In this document: piece by piece, positions 10,625 through 24,400 of the stretch
How positions within the stretch are numbered: the first letter of the stretch is position 1
Layout of the letters: every line of letters begins with the position of its first letter
Made by a program: the position numbers and the translations under genes
DNA from: Octopus bimaculoides
Lineage: Eukaryota
Length of the DNA: 64,000 bases
Direction: 5' to 3'
NCBI RefSeq assembly: GCF_001194135.2
Contig: NC_068984.1
Coordinates: 69,949,524 to 70,013,523, forward strand
Notes under the pieces: model-generated
Told to the model about the DNA's origin: nothing
Database searches by the model: none
What the model saw: the letters and a program-made list of their open reading frames with translations, nothing else

Positions 10625-10712
10625 NNNNNNNNNNNNNNNNNNNNNNNNNNNNNNNNNNNNNNNNNNNNNNNNNNNNNNNNNNNNNNNNNNNNNNNNNNNN
10701 NNNNNNNNNNNN

Positions 10713-10760
<48 letters not shown>
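10543..10760. repeat. (CA)n/(TA)n microsatellite with N gap
   Basis: Direct reading. Confidence 0.95.
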
Positions 10761-10764
<4 letters not shown>

Positions 10765-12344
10765 AATAATAAATATGTAATGATAGACATTCTTAGAGAA
10801 TTATTTATTTATGACTGTCCAGTATATGACATAGGAGAGATAACTCTATAGTAGTTTAATACATAATGAATAAGATATCGCTAATGGCAAGAGGAACTTG
10901 TAATTATTTTGTTCAAATGGATTTTGTGTCTGCAAAGTGGAATGTATTCAGAGATTCCATTGTGGATATTTCCATTATGGAGTAAAATAATTTAATTTCA
11001 CTGAGAAGCATAAATTACTAAGATTAATGTTTTGGTTATAGACTATTGCAATAATTTTTTTATCATTGATTTCATGAGTTTATATTTGAATGCTTTGCAA
11101 TTGACACTTGCATAGTGGTTTCTTTTTATATATCAAAAATATACAGTCATTCTAAAACGTTTTTATTCCTTCTGTCCTATTCTTTTTTCTACTTCTGTAA
11201 CTTCACTTGTATATTTTCATATTGTCTTTAAGAGATATTGTAAGATTGTTTAAAGTATCTTCATTCTTGTCCTCTCTTTCTGCTTCCCCCTTTTTTCTCT
11301 TTGCTCTTCACTCTCTTTTCATAATTGACTACTATTCAAATAACCAGGATTGTAATCGTAAAACTTTAGCTTTAATTAAATTTGATATTGATTTCAAATT
11401 TTGGTACAAGGTCAGCAATTTTTGTGTGTATGCAGTAACATGCATTCAATACTTTATCACACATACACCCCTACACACAGAATGCATTCACTGCTTCTAC
11501 AGTCCATCTGATATCTATGTACCTAGCAACCTATGTACCTACATACCTGAATACCTGAACACACACACACACACATACATACATATATAACAACCTATAC
11601 AGATAATTTTTTTTTAAATGAACAAATATTTGTGCTGTGCATTAGCTAAATCCCTCCATTAAATTGACATCATCTGTGAAAATACACAGTGTACTGCATA
11701 TCAGATATTGACATGATCACAGAGCAATGTGAGATGAAGTATTTTTGCCCAATAACACAACACACTACCCATTCCAAGAATCAAACCCACAATCATGCAG
11801 TCATGAGAGCAACACTCTAACCACAGGGCCACATGCCCTACATAAACACACACACACACACACAAATACATATACGTAAATACATGCATACATGAACATG
11901 CACTCATACACACACATACACATACACAGACTTGCCCAAATATACATAAAAGTAGAACAAAATTCAGCTAAGAGAAACAACTCAGTGTGGCCAATGGCAT
12001 GAATCTGGACAACAAAGACAAATTATAGTATAAGGCATATCATCGTAAAATAATTTCTTGATTTATTACATTTATCTTCACTTCAAGAGCGGTAAACCAA
12101 TGCATGTTGGCAGCTATAACCAATCACAAATGAGAAAGTAACGTAATCACGCAAATGCATCTCATTCACTACTTTATGCAATATCATCCATCCATCTATC
12201 CATCCATCCGTCTGTCTATCTATTTATCTATCTATCTGTCCGACTGTCTGTCTCTCTGTCTCTCTGCCTGTCTTTCTGTCTATCTACCTTTCTCTTTATC
12301 TGTGCATGTGTGTGTGTGTATGTGTGTGTGTGTATGTGTGTGTT

Positions 12345-12539
12345 ATTTCTTTACTATCCACAAGGGGCTACACACAGAGGGGACAAACAAAGACAGACAA
12401 ACGGATTAAGTCGATTATATCGACTCCAGTGCGTAACTGGTACTTATTTAATCGACCCCGAAAGGATGAAAGGCAAAGTCGACATCGGCGAAATTTGAAC
12501 TCAGAACGTAGGAGCAGACGAAATACCGCTAAGCATTTG
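12345..12539 (-). mobile_element. tRNA-derived SINE family C (5' truncated)
   Basis: aagtcgattatatcgactccagtgcgtaactggtactt...gatgaaaggcaaagtcgac...tttgaactcagaac; the minus strand carries the B-box-like GAGTTCAAATT. Confidence 0.85.
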
Positions 12540-12753
12540 TGTGTGTGTGTGTGTGTGTTTAAGTCATAATCTAGAGAAGAACTCTGTACAGAGAAGTTTA
12601 TTTAAGCTGCTCCAGTGTCCAGTGGCCAGTTACATTGGAGGTTCTATTACATGCAGTTACTTCTTCAGACAAGTCAAACTGGATAGGAAGATACGTTGTC
12701 TCACTCTGAAGAGAGAAAGTGCAGAAAAATAGTGCATGTAAATAGTGCAAAAT

Positions 12754-12784
<31 letters not shown>

Positions 12785-12864
12785 TTTGTCTGAGAAAATT
12801 GAGAAAATGATCCTTCCAACTCTTGCTAGCACAGAAAAGAGATGCACAAGGAAGATATATATAC

Positions 12865-12896
<32 letters not shown>

Positions 12897-13601
12897 GCTC
12901 GTGTGTGTGTGCATGTGTGTGTATGTTTGTGTATAACTAAAATGGCATTCTTATGTTAATGTTACTAAATATTTAAAAGCCTTGAGACCAATTACTATAT
13001 ATGGATTTACTTAGCATTCTAATCAATACATTTATTTAGACATTTTGGAATTTTAAGTGGCTGTGTGTGGAGGGTTCTTTCAATTATTTAAATTGAATGT
13101 TTCAAAATTTTATTTACACCAAATTCATTTACTAACATCAACATCCTTTTTTTAAATTTTTAATTAGACAACATTTGTAATGTTAACATCAGTGCAATTA
13201 CTGGGAAAGTGGTTGAGCAATAGAATGGTATACAGTGAAAATGCAAGTTGCAAGAATAACTATTGCATCCTGGCTGATTTAATCATGGAAATGTATTTCT
13301 CATGGTTTCTATTAATACTCTTCTTACAATTTAAAAATCTATTTGTTTAAAATATTTTCTTACACTTTTGTTTTAATTGCAGAATCCAACTAACAATACA
13401 ATATTACAGTTTTTGAATATAAACAAAAGAAAAAAAAATAAACGGAAAGAAATATTCTGAACAATATACAGTAATAAGAACAACATATTATTCACATATT
13501 CATTTTTCTAAGTGTCATTAATTAGTGTCCTAGACTGAAATTAGATGAGCAAGGAAGAATTCTATATCTTTTTGTGAGGTGAGGTAATTAAAGGTATTTG
13601 A

Positions 13602-13835
13602 CTGATGCTGGTGTCACATAACTGGCACCTGTGCTGGTGGCACATAGATGCATCCGTGCTGGTGGAATGTAAAAAACCACCCATTACACACCTGGAGTGG
13701 TTGGCATCAAGAAGGGTATTGAGCTGTAGTAACCTGGTGCGGCTCTCAAGCTTACCAGCTCCAGTCAAACCATCTAACCCATGCCAGCATGGAAGCAAAC
13801 ATCAAATTATGATAATGATGATGATGATGATGATA
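13602..13835 (+). mobile_element. SINE family A, diverged
   Basis: ggtggaatgtaaaaaaccacccattacac...catgccagcatggaag...(GAT)n tail. Confidence 0.75.
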
Positions 13836-14935
13836 TTATATGTAAAGTGTATGTTTATATGTGATTTATGATATAAGTAACTTTCTCAGCAAGGGATAGT
13901 TTATAGCAAGCCTGAGGAGTATGTAGCACTAATGGATCTTAAACTTAATGAATTTTTCAATGGCACAAATAATGTCATGGTTATTCAAAAAAAGAAAGTC
14001 TGCTCAAATTTTATAGCATAATCTCTATGTTTGATTCTGTTAATTAAAATAGTATTCCTTCTTTTTATTTTTCATTCACTTAAGCTTTCTCTTGATCAAA
14101 GCCTTGTAGAGCTGGAGAATTCCTCAAACTATCAACTAATGAATACAGACAACATATGAGGTTTGCTATTTTTTTTAGGTGATACAACCTAATTTATAAT
14201 AAGCAAATATTTCTTAAGAACCACTGCCAGAAAAGGATGGCCCATGCCTCTTCTACGCAATATTATGACCAGCAAAAAATAGCAGCTAAATCTCTGTGAG
14301 TCACACAGAGTTACAAAAATGAAGGATTGATATATTGGCTAATTTGGTCATAATACATTGTCTCAAAGAATAAATAAATTAATTAATTAACAAAAATGCA
14401 CTAAGGATCTAATGGAAATATCATTTATTATAGGTTTGCTTGATTGCACCTGGCTTGTGGGCCTAAATCAAGAATATCATTAACTTTCCAAAGAACAGGC
14501 TATGCATGATGAGACAGTTTTTCAAGTACTGCATTGTCATTGCATTGTAGATATGTTCTTGTATAAAGTGTTATGCTCATATAAAAACGACTTAGTAGAC
14601 TAGCAGAGAAATACAGACCTGCAAAATATTTAGCATATCAATAATAGCATTTTTTCAACAAGTTTGCTTTGGAATCACATGATTTTGATTCCCATCCCAC
14701 TGCATGGAATCTTGAGAATGATCTTTACTGTTATCATAAATCTCAGGCTAACAAGTGCTTTGTGGAAAAAAAAAATTGGTAGATGGCAAGTGTTCCAAAA
14801 CTCCAGTCGCCACAGCATATATACATAAAACAGGTGGTGATCCATTTGAGATGAAAATTAGCATTACATACAACAGTACAGAAAGAAAAGATATGAAAAT
14901 ATTATAAGTAACACACACACACACACCCACACACA

Positions 14936-14997
<62 letters not shown>

Positions 14998-15874
14998 TGA
15001 GTATGTTAGTGTATCTGTGTGTGCATATACATGTGCATACTAACAGAGATGTATATAACAGATACTCACATGCATAAAGAATGGTGAAAATCAAATCAAC
15101 GATGTATATATTCATTCATGATACATTCTGACAGATTTTATTGTGAATATGCTAATCACTGTTTATTGTATTTTGTCTACAGAGAACAACTTTTTACAGA
15201 CAATGTGTGTTTACAATGCATTCAATTCATCAAGCTAATGGAATTTGAGAGACTGTAGTATTTATTTCATCCTGGTTATGTCTTCAGTGAAAGGTACTTC
15301 AGTCACATGCACCCTGGTTCAGTGAATCAAAAGAAGAATTTTAGTTCTTGTCTACATTTCTATGAAGAAATTTTTGGTTGATGCATGGAGAACAGCAAAA
15401 ATCGAAACAATGTCATATTCTTCTCTTCTTTTACTTGTTTCATTCATTTGATTATGGCCATACTAGAGCATTCTTAATATGTTTCAGCAGATTTCAACAT
15501 AAACATGCTAACCACTGTTGTATTCTGTCTATGGAAAACAGTTTTTCTTTTCCGACAGTGTGTTATAATTGGCCCATGGAACCTTCAACGTAAGGGACAC
15601 CAAGTTGAAACACTAAAGTGCCTCAAAGTTCCCTTAAATCAATGAATCATGTGTGCTGTGAATAGAGTGTCTGAAAATTATTTTCCATCGGTAAAATACA
15701 ACAGTGATTAACATTCACATTTGAATCTACTTGATTGCATTAAGAATGAATACCTACAACATTGATTTGATTTTTTTCTGTTTTCCACACACTCAGGATT
15801 TATTATCAGTTTGGTTGATATTAGCAACACATCAGCAAAAGAAAAATCATTTTCTTTTTTTTTTATATGGAACA

Positions 15875-16226
15875 TGTGCCGCCTTTCTGGCACTTGTGCC
15901 CATGGCATGTGTAAGGACTTTAAAGCGAGATCGTTGCCAGTGCCCCTGGACTGGCTCTTGTGCGGGTGGCACGTAAAATACACCATTTTGAGCATGGTCG
16001 TTGTCAGTACTGCCTGACTGGCCTTCGTGCCGGTGGCACGTAAAAGCACCCACTACACTCTCGCAGTGGTTGGCATTAGGAAGGGCATCCAGCTGTAGAA
16101 ACTCTGCTAAATCAGATTGGAGCCTGGTGTAGCCATCTGGTTTCACCAGTCCTCAGTCAAATCGTCCAACCCATGCTATCATGGAAAACGGACGTTAAAC
16201 GATGACGACGATGATGATGATGATGA
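15875..16226 (+). mobile_element. SINE family A with 2-3 internal ~62-bp units
   Basis: Same unit and 3' end as 7044-7967. Confidence 0.9.
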
Positions 16227-16554
16227 TTTATATAAGCAAAAGTCAAGATTCTTGCTTAGATTCATAGATCTAGGTTACCTTTAATTGAAGAGACATAACC
16301 AGATTGAAATACTGTTGTTGCTCAAAGTCGCCTTTCCTCAATGAATCAAACATGTTGCAAGCACATTATTTAAGAAGTTTTCTCCACAGACATGAAGCAG
16401 CACCAACTAACATATTCACATTTGAATCTGCCAGAATGTATTAATCCTCTCAAACCTGGACTCCTGTGTCTAACTTTACTCTCCACCTGGGCTCTGAGCA
16501 AGAAAAAAAAAAAAAAAATGTTGCAAATATAGTTCAAGAGTAAAGATTACAGAT

Positions 16555-16890
16555 AAACTAATAGAATCAGAAAAAAAAAATTCAGGAGAATAGTAATAAT
16601 AGGCCTTTCTGTCAAGTGCCATATTTGTGAGGCAAATTAATGGACAGAATCACAAGAAATATTCAGAGAAACAATAATAGAGCTTTCTCTCAACTACCAT
16701 ATTTGCAAGACAAACTAGTGAATGGAATCACAAAACAAAAAAAAAAAAAAAAAAAAAAAATCAGGAGTAAAGCAATAGTAGGCCTATCTCACAAGAAACA
16801 TATTTGTTAGGCAAACTAATGGACAGAATCAACAAAAAATTCAGGAAAAAAACGATAATAAGCCTATCTTTCAACTACCATACTTGTTCA
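16555..16890. repeat. Degenerate tandem repeat, about 4 units of ~75-85 bp
   Basis: Recurring gaatca..aaattcagga..aatagtaggcct.tct..caa..ccatatttg..ggcaaactaatggacag. Confidence 0.55.
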
Positions 16891-17431
16891 CAAAAGTCAT
16901 TGCTTTCCCTATTACTTTCACCAGTTTGATTGCCTGAATCACTTTCATTTTATTGCATGAGTGTAAACTCTTCATTCAAAAATAGACGTCTATATTTTTC
17001 TGAATTGCGAACAGTCTAGACCTTGCTCATTTACAAGACGAAGTGTTGGGTTCACCACATGTTCTTTTCATCTCAGAATCATATTTTTTCAATTAAAAAC
17101 AAAAGTAAACAACAGCTATAAGGGACACCATTAACAATGAGTCATAAACACACTTGGCTACAAAGCTGCAATGTGATCAGTTGTCTAACTTCATTATTTT
17201 ATCTTCTTTTTCTCTATGTGTTGTTCATTATCACATTATCAGAAATCCATCAGAAATAACATTTAAATTATTCCCACAATAGCAGGAACACGGCATGACA
17301 TGGTTAAAAATTATTATATATATATCATCATTCTATTATACATATATATATGTGTATGGGCATATGCATATATACATATACAATTATATGTGTGTATTTG
17401 CACATATATATAAATATGTATGTAAAAATGC

Positions 17432-17860
17432 ATACATACATCAAGTGTAAGCATAACTGGTCAGATATTGTTGTTTGGGGCAGACAAGGAAAAGTGTGTA
17501 CTGTCATGGAGGTTGGCTGTCCTACTGATGTGAATATCTCTTTGAAAATCAAAGAGAAAGAATATAACTATGGACAACTTCTTGGAAACCTTCAATTTCT
17601 ATATCTGGATGACAAATCTACACTTGTACCAATGATAATTGGTGCACTTGGTTTTCTAAGTAAATGCCCGTCAGTCTGAATATGTTTGGATTTTCAGAAA
17701 AAGAAATCAACCAACTCTTGCACATTACAAATACAATCTGTAAGCCTAACAGTAAAACTAAGCAAGACTTTTCTCAGGTTTAAAATGTGACATTGCTTTT
17801 GTTATCTACATTTCAATAAAGTAGTTTTGTATCTTCTTTAGAAACCAGCTCCTTCTTCGG
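17432..17860 (+). pseudogene. R4/Dong-type non-LTR retrotransposon 3' fragment (restriction-like endonuclease domain)
   Basis: CKHNWSDIVVWGRQGKVCTVMEVGCPTDVNISLKIKEKEYNYGQLL...VPMIIGALG matches the CxHNRPD...EVxCPxD...K RLE pattern; the 5' end abuts a TA/CA microsatellite. Confidence 0.75.
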
Positions 17861-17879
17861 AGGAAGAAGTTAAATAATT

Positions 17880-18060
17880 GATTTCAAATTTTTGCACGAG
17901 GCCAGCAGTTTTAAGGGAAGAGATAAGTTGATTACATTGACCCCCTAGTTTTCAAATGGTGCTTATTTTATTGACCCAAAAAGGATGAAAGGCAAAGTTG
18001 ACCCCAGCAGAATTTGAACTCAGATCATAAGGACAAACGAAATGCCACAAAGCATTTCAT
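17880..18060 (-). mobile_element. SINE family C
   Basis: ttgattacattgacccc...ggatgaaaggcaaagttgac...tttgaactcag. Confidence 0.8.
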
Positions 18061-19119
18061 ATGAATGAATATGTGAACTACTACCTTTGCTATGATGAAT
18101 ACTTAAAGTATAGGATATGTCATCATCATTAATATCATCGTCATTGTTTTAACATTTGCTTTTCTATGATTACATGGATCAAATGAAACATACTAAGGCA
18201 AATTTTCAAAGGCCAGATGCTATTCCTATTGCCAACACTCAAGCAGATAATATTTCCTCAAGTTTTTCAAACAAAAAATAGCTGAATGACAAGACTTATT
18301 TGCTTTACAGATTGTAATAAACAGTGACACTGCTTGCATGGACAGTGACTTTGTTTCTAATCAGCACACAGACATCAACATGAAAGACAGAGAGTCCCCC
18401 GTCACACACATACATATAAGTCACCTTGCCACAGGTGTCTTTTACTATGGAGAGAAGAAACTCTAAATAATATGCTTTTGAAGCAAACTTCTTAATAACA
18501 AAGCCACGCTTGCTCCTTTGTTATTCTACCATTTTATGGTAGTCTTATGTGATAATGAAGAAGAACATTATATTGAGCTAAGAGAAAATACAGATGCCAC
18601 CTTAGTACAAATACAAAACTGCAGCTGCTTTTGTCACATAAGAAAATAGAACTACAGACACAGTATAAGTATATTTGATTAGTTAAAGGAAACAGTGTTA
18701 ATAGCATAACAAGAAAATAGAATTTTAGATATCAGTTAATCAGGGAAGTATTATATCCTAATTATTCTATATATGATGTTCAACAAAGAAGCACTAGTCA
18801 TAAAATGTAGTCAATTTCTATGAATCAGTTTATCTGAGAAAAAAATGCCAACTAAATTGAGAAAACTTTATTAGTTTGCCATAAGATTCTATCTGTGTGT
18901 TTTGGAAACTAAGACTATTCAAGGAGGCTAGCAAAACACTCCATGACCTAAAATTGTATCAAATCTTCAAGCTGTGATTTGATAATCAGGTTTTTAACCC
19001 CTTTGATACCAACCCAAATGAGACTATCACTGGTTCTGATACAAACTTATTTTTTTAGCCTGAGAGGTGACAAGCTAAGTAAAATCATTATTCGTTCATA
19101 TATACAGGCTTGTCTTTTA

Positions 19120-19390
19120 AAAGTGCTGGTGCTGCATAAAATATACTCGTGCTGGGACTGTGTAGCTGCATCTGTGCTGACGGTATGTAAAAAGCACCCA
19201 GCACACTTTGTAAAGTAGTTGGAGTTAGGAAGGGCATCCAGCCATAGAAACCATGCCACAACACAGACAATTAGAATCTGGACAGTTCTGTGGCTCGCCA
19301 GCTCCTGTCAAACCATCCAAACCATACCAGCATGGAAAATGGGTGTTAAACGACGACGATGATGATGATGAGGATGATGATGATGATGAT
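19120..19390 (+). mobile_element. SINE family A, diverged
   Basis: tgtaaaaagcacccagcacact...ttaggaagggcatccagccatagaaacc...gttaaacgacgacgatgatg. Confidence 0.8.
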
Positions 19391-20189
19391 GTTCTATCAA
19401 AATTCCATGTTAATTTATATCACAAACATCAACCTAATAACGGGAAAGTTATTTTACTAAATTATTTCTTATTTTCAACTCTAACCGTAACAAAGGCAAT
19501 GTATTTTAACAAAAATGTGGTAAAAGAAAAGAAAAAACACAGATAAAAAAAGTAATTCCAGAAGTTTGACTGTTGAAAATCCTTAATTTTTACTTATTTA
19601 TAATTAATAATTATGATTCTTCTAGATTTATTAGTATATGACTGGTTTAGAAGTCATCATAGCATCCACTTGATTTTGTGTCTTTTCCTCCTGTGCAGTA
19701 CTTTGAACAATTGCCTTCTACTGTAGCCCCAGACTGACAAATACATTGTGTGTGAATTTAGTCAATGAAAACTGTACAAAACGTGGAGTTAAAGTAGAGA
19801 AACTGCTTTGCTGATGTTGCCTGCCAAGGCAGGAACGTTGTATCCACAGCTGTCAACCAGGTGGTCTTGTCTTTTAATGGCACATCAGTGTTTGAGAGCC
19901 CTTGATTCTTGAGATTATCTGCTATTCTCATTTGTTGTTACTTCAGATAACACCAATTGTTTGTTCTATCTTCTCTAGAAGCAGAAGTAATTTCAATGAC
20001 TCAAGATTTTATGTTATGTTATCTAATATACCTTTATCTGTTTTTGTTCTGACACATGCCACTGGCTATTTTCAGTTAATGCAGTTTGTTCACTTTCATC
20101 ATCATCATACACACACACATATATGAATGAGTGGACAAACGAAAGAAGGGCACTCAATCAATTTATTGGGAGTTAAATGTATGGATCAA

Positions 20190-21435
20190 AACAGTTTGAT
20201 TCAAATTTGTTAGCTCTCTTTAGTTTCAAGTGCGATGCTAATCATCAGCCATTTTGAATAATACACCAGTATTAGTGACCTTGATATCAAAATTATCATT
20301 AATGCCAGAAAGTCAATTCTGGCTCCTGATGATTCCTTCTGGCTGAAAAAGAAGGTAACCCATTGTTCAACGTCTCAATGGGGATCTTTGACGGGGCTGA
20401 AATCACCAACCTCGTTGGGTCAAATATCTTGGATACTTCAAGAGACATACCTTTCCTATATAGGGACAACAGCTAGCTATCTCAAACCATATGTGAACGG
20501 CCACATCATGGACAGGTTCAGGAAGCACTTGATAAAAATGTTTAAAGAGTTCAGCCTGTCCATAACGATTACCACCAACCTGACGATGGTTAGTTCTTGC
20601 ACTTAACCTCAGACCTCAGTACAGGAAAGTTTTACCCATACAGGAACCCTAATGCGGATACAGTAAACATCCACAAGAGCTCAAACTATCTCCCCACTGT
20701 AATTAGAAGCCTTGTTCCAAGCATTAGTAAATGACTATCTAATCTCTTGGTTAATAGAGAAATCTTTAATAGGGCCACCTCCCACTACAACGATGCTTTG
20801 GCTAGGAGCAGGTTTACTTAGAAGCTCGTGCATGTGGACAACTACCTAACACCATCTCTTCACCCCAAATGGATTAGGAGAAGAAGAATTATATGGTATA
20901 ACCTCCATTCTACCTAGAAGTTTCCACCAATATAGCTAAGGGCTTCCTGTCATTAATTAAGAAACACTTCCCCAGAGGTCATAAGTATTACAAAATCTTT
21001 AACCCCCTTAATGTCAAGGTAATCTACTCCTGCTTAGACAATATTGCATCTAACATTGCACACATCAACAGATGTAAAAATGTACTCACACCACCAGCAA
21101 CCCCCACCTGCAACTTCTGGAACCCCACTATGTGCCTTCTAGAAGGATCTTGTCTTCAAGGGCTGTAGTTTACAGAGCCACCATTACACAATCTGATGGC
21201 ATTACTAGGCACTATACAGGTATGACAGCTAATGACTTCAAGGAAAGATACTCCCAGCATATGCACTTATTGCCAACTAAATGTGGTGGTCCCATAGAGG
21301 ACGATGCTACTGTTGTTTTTGGCCCAGGAGGGTATCTCCTCCAGCTGGCTAACGACATACTGTCTGTCCCCGATTAGTATTTGATCATAGGCCTCCTCAG
21401 TTGGGACTGAACTCTGACTAAACTAAAACAGTATA
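20190..21435 (+). pseudogene. Penelope-like retroelement remnant: RT C-terminal half plus start of a GIY-YIG endonuclease
   Basis: Frameshifted YTSISDLDIKIIINARKSIL...W, DGAEITNLVG, DRFRKHLIKMFKEFSLSITITTNL, KFYPYRNPN, RRRIIWYN, HKYYKIFN..VKVIYSCL, VVYRATI...HYTGMTANDFKERYSQH. Confidence 0.85.
21366..21407 (-). ncRNA. Degenerate hammerhead-like motif at the PLE 3' end (antisense to the ORF)
   Basis: GTCCC-AA-CTGAGGA-GGCC-TAT-GATC-(G missing)AAA-T-ACTA-A-TC-G-GGGAC. Confidence 0.4.
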
Positions 21436-21482
21436 AGAAGCGTGATATCTTTTCTCTTTATCTTTTACTCATTTCCTTAGAG

Positions 21483-24400
21483 CAGTGTTTCCCAAACTTT
21501 TTGCACCCAATTGCAATATTGCCCACCCATCGGCTAAAAACTGTTCCATTGTCCACCTGTGTAAAAAACCCCAACACAAAATCCCCTAGGAGCCACCCAC
21601 CTTATATCATTTGACACACACTATATCGTAGACTCATTACTCTGTAAGTGCCATTTGAACTAAATATGCAGTTGTTTTAAAATCCCTTATTGTGGGTTTA
21701 TATTTGCCATTAGTGTGAATAAAATTCTAACATTAACTCTATATTATGCAGACAGATTAACTTCTGGAAAATTGTGCTTTCTTTTACACTGATTTTCATT
21801 TTCCCCAGATAAACGATTGATCAGAACTATTGATGCAAAAATAATTAATGATTGTATTATAAAGGAAAAGAACAAAAAATTTTTATGAGAATCATGTGTC
21901 TGGTGCGGCGTAGCTAGTGCAGACACATTCAGTTTCAAACTTGTCAACTTTAGCCGCAAATCTCCTCATTGTATCACATCCAGTCCAATTCTTTTAATGG
22001 GAAAATAAAGTTCCAACATGTTTAAAACCACATTCAACCAGGTATGAGGTAGGGAAGGCAAGCAAAAGTAATTTCAGATGTTTCCACAGAATGGGGTAGG
22101 AATTCAATATAGTCTGATGGTACCACAAACCTTCTTTGCTATTATGGCAATGTGGCATTGTGGCATCATTGTCATTTTGTAATTCTATCAATTCCTCCTG
22201 AATATCATCCTCACAATCAACTGTATCAATCTCAAACAAATTGCTATACCAATTTGGAATATTCAGTACTATAATACCTTGAAATCGCTCCATCATGTTA
22301 TCATGCAATGATTGTAAATAGTTGCGATATGTAGTTAAATCCTCATCAACCAATTCATCTTTAAAAGAATCAAGTTGTAGAAATTGATGGAACTGACGTT
22401 TTGAAAGGTTAATCTTAAACAATACCAATTTCGAAATGGAGGTAGTGATAAATGATTTACAATCAACGAGAGTTTTTATGTTTCCTTGCAATAACTTATT
22501 CAAATCATTTAATTTTGTGAATATATCACAAAGAAAAAAGATATCGCACCTTGCAGCCATCAGTGAAGTGGATAGTGGAGTATCTTCAAAGAAAAGATAT
22601 TATATAAAACAGTTCAACAAAGCGTAAAACACAGTTTCCTTTTGACAGCCACCGCACTTCGGTATGGTATAAGAGTTTAGTATGGTTGTCATCATTTCTC
22701 AGACAGAGTTGATGGAAAATTCAACCAGACAAGGGACTGAAATTCAATTTGTTCACAGTCTTGATAACTAACTGTAGCACATCATTCAGTCTACTGTTCA
22801 TATTTTTTGCCACTAAATGCTGCCGGTATGCCAAGCAATGAGCAGTTAGTATCTGGTGGGAAATTTCATGCTTTAGGAGAGATGAAAAACATCTGCATGA
22901 TCTTGTGATCAAAGGGGCTCCATCAGACACACAGACAAGAATATTACTGAGTGGGATATTATGTTCAAAGAGGAAAGACTTGAGAGTGTGAAAAATAGTT
23001 GCACCTTTTGTATCAAGTGGCAATTTCTCTGTGAAAAGTATTTCCTCACAAGGTTGAAGGTCTTCACTGAAATACCGAACATATACCATCATCAAACATT
23101 GATTGTACACAACAGTTTGCTCATCCACTTGTGTAGAAAATTCAGAGCACTGGAGAATATTAATGAGCTGATGTTTGACATCGTTGGCCATTTCATCGAT
23201 GTGTCGAGAAATTGTGTTATTACTAAGTGGGATCTTCTGCATAATGTTATCGGGATTTTCATGCATAATGGTTGACAAAACCTATTCAATAATTGGGCAA
23301 AGTAATGTTTCTCTGATTGTGTGAAACTTCCCAGACTTAGCAACAAGCAATGCAATGTTGCACAATGCAATCAACCCATCATTCTCCTGTTTACTAGTTT
23401 CCTGGAGTAGCGTGTTGAATGTTTGTATTTGCTTTTTGAAAGAGGAACTCAGTTGCAAAAAGTATGATAATGGCTTGTCCTTCTTGTCGGAATGCTTTGC
23501 ATCAAAGTGATACTTCAAGTGTGAAGGTTTCATTGCTTTGTTGGTCGATGTTTGATAGCAAAGAAGGCACATTGGTAACTGACAGTTCTGAGGAGTGGGA
23601 ATAAATCCAAACGATAAATAATCACTACTGTACTGTCAACAAATTTTCTTGACTGGAGGCATCACTAAAGGGAAAATGTGAAAACGAATTTCTCAGGACG
23701 GCATCAGAAAGGCAGTATGGTATTCCCAAAGAGAAGAAGAAGTCAACAGAGCAGAGTCAGATGACACATCTTTACAGGAGCAAATACGGATCTAGTTTGT
23801 TTGGCTGCCAGCATTTCAAAAATTAAAGTTTATTGAAAATTTTAGAATTTGGCACATTAATATGCCTTTCCAAGTTAAATTGCTGGAGTTATTCAATTTT
23901 TTGCCAGAAAAATGTTTTCAAAAAGTTAGGAAGTTTAAAGTTTCATCATTTTCACAAAGCCAAGAAACACAATTTCAAAGCTGTCATTTTGTGCGTGACT
24001 GCACATTTTGTCAACATCCTGAAAATAGCACTTGTGTTTTAATATGAAACCACAGAATTACACACGACATATAACCCCTCATAACTTTTTTTATTTTTCG
24101 GAGTTTTCAGAAACTTTTTGTGAATTTGAATTCTATATATGGGACTTCATATGATTATGCAAAAACAAAAATATTGTAGTAGAGTGTGATATAAGGCCTA
24201 GGCCTATTGGCTGCTATTTTTAGCACGCATGACAACCACCTCAATGACTGTGACAAAATTATTCGATCGATTAACAAGTTCGCCTTTTTAATACAAAGGG
24301 ACGTCTCGTGCAAGCAATCCCTAAAAGTACATCCTTATTCTAGACATACCTAGATATCAGTAAATGCAGACTTAATTTCTAAAACTTCATTGTCCCCCAC

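Noticed and set aside
15183-15293. Plus-strand exon-like segment EQLFTDNVCLQCIQFIKLMEFERL*YLFHPGYVFSE with one TAG (tempting as A-to-I stop recoding)
   Set aside because: Frames of this length bounded by AG/GT arise readily by chance in AT-rich DNA; similar candidates (1754-1838, 9067-9183, 14109-14160, 15489-15589, 50459-50524) do not chain into a recognisable protein.
19801-19850. CTGATGT-TGCC-TGCCAA-GGCA-G-GAAC-GTT-GTA right after a decayed SINE B head
   Set aside because: Two core defects and no convincing stem I.
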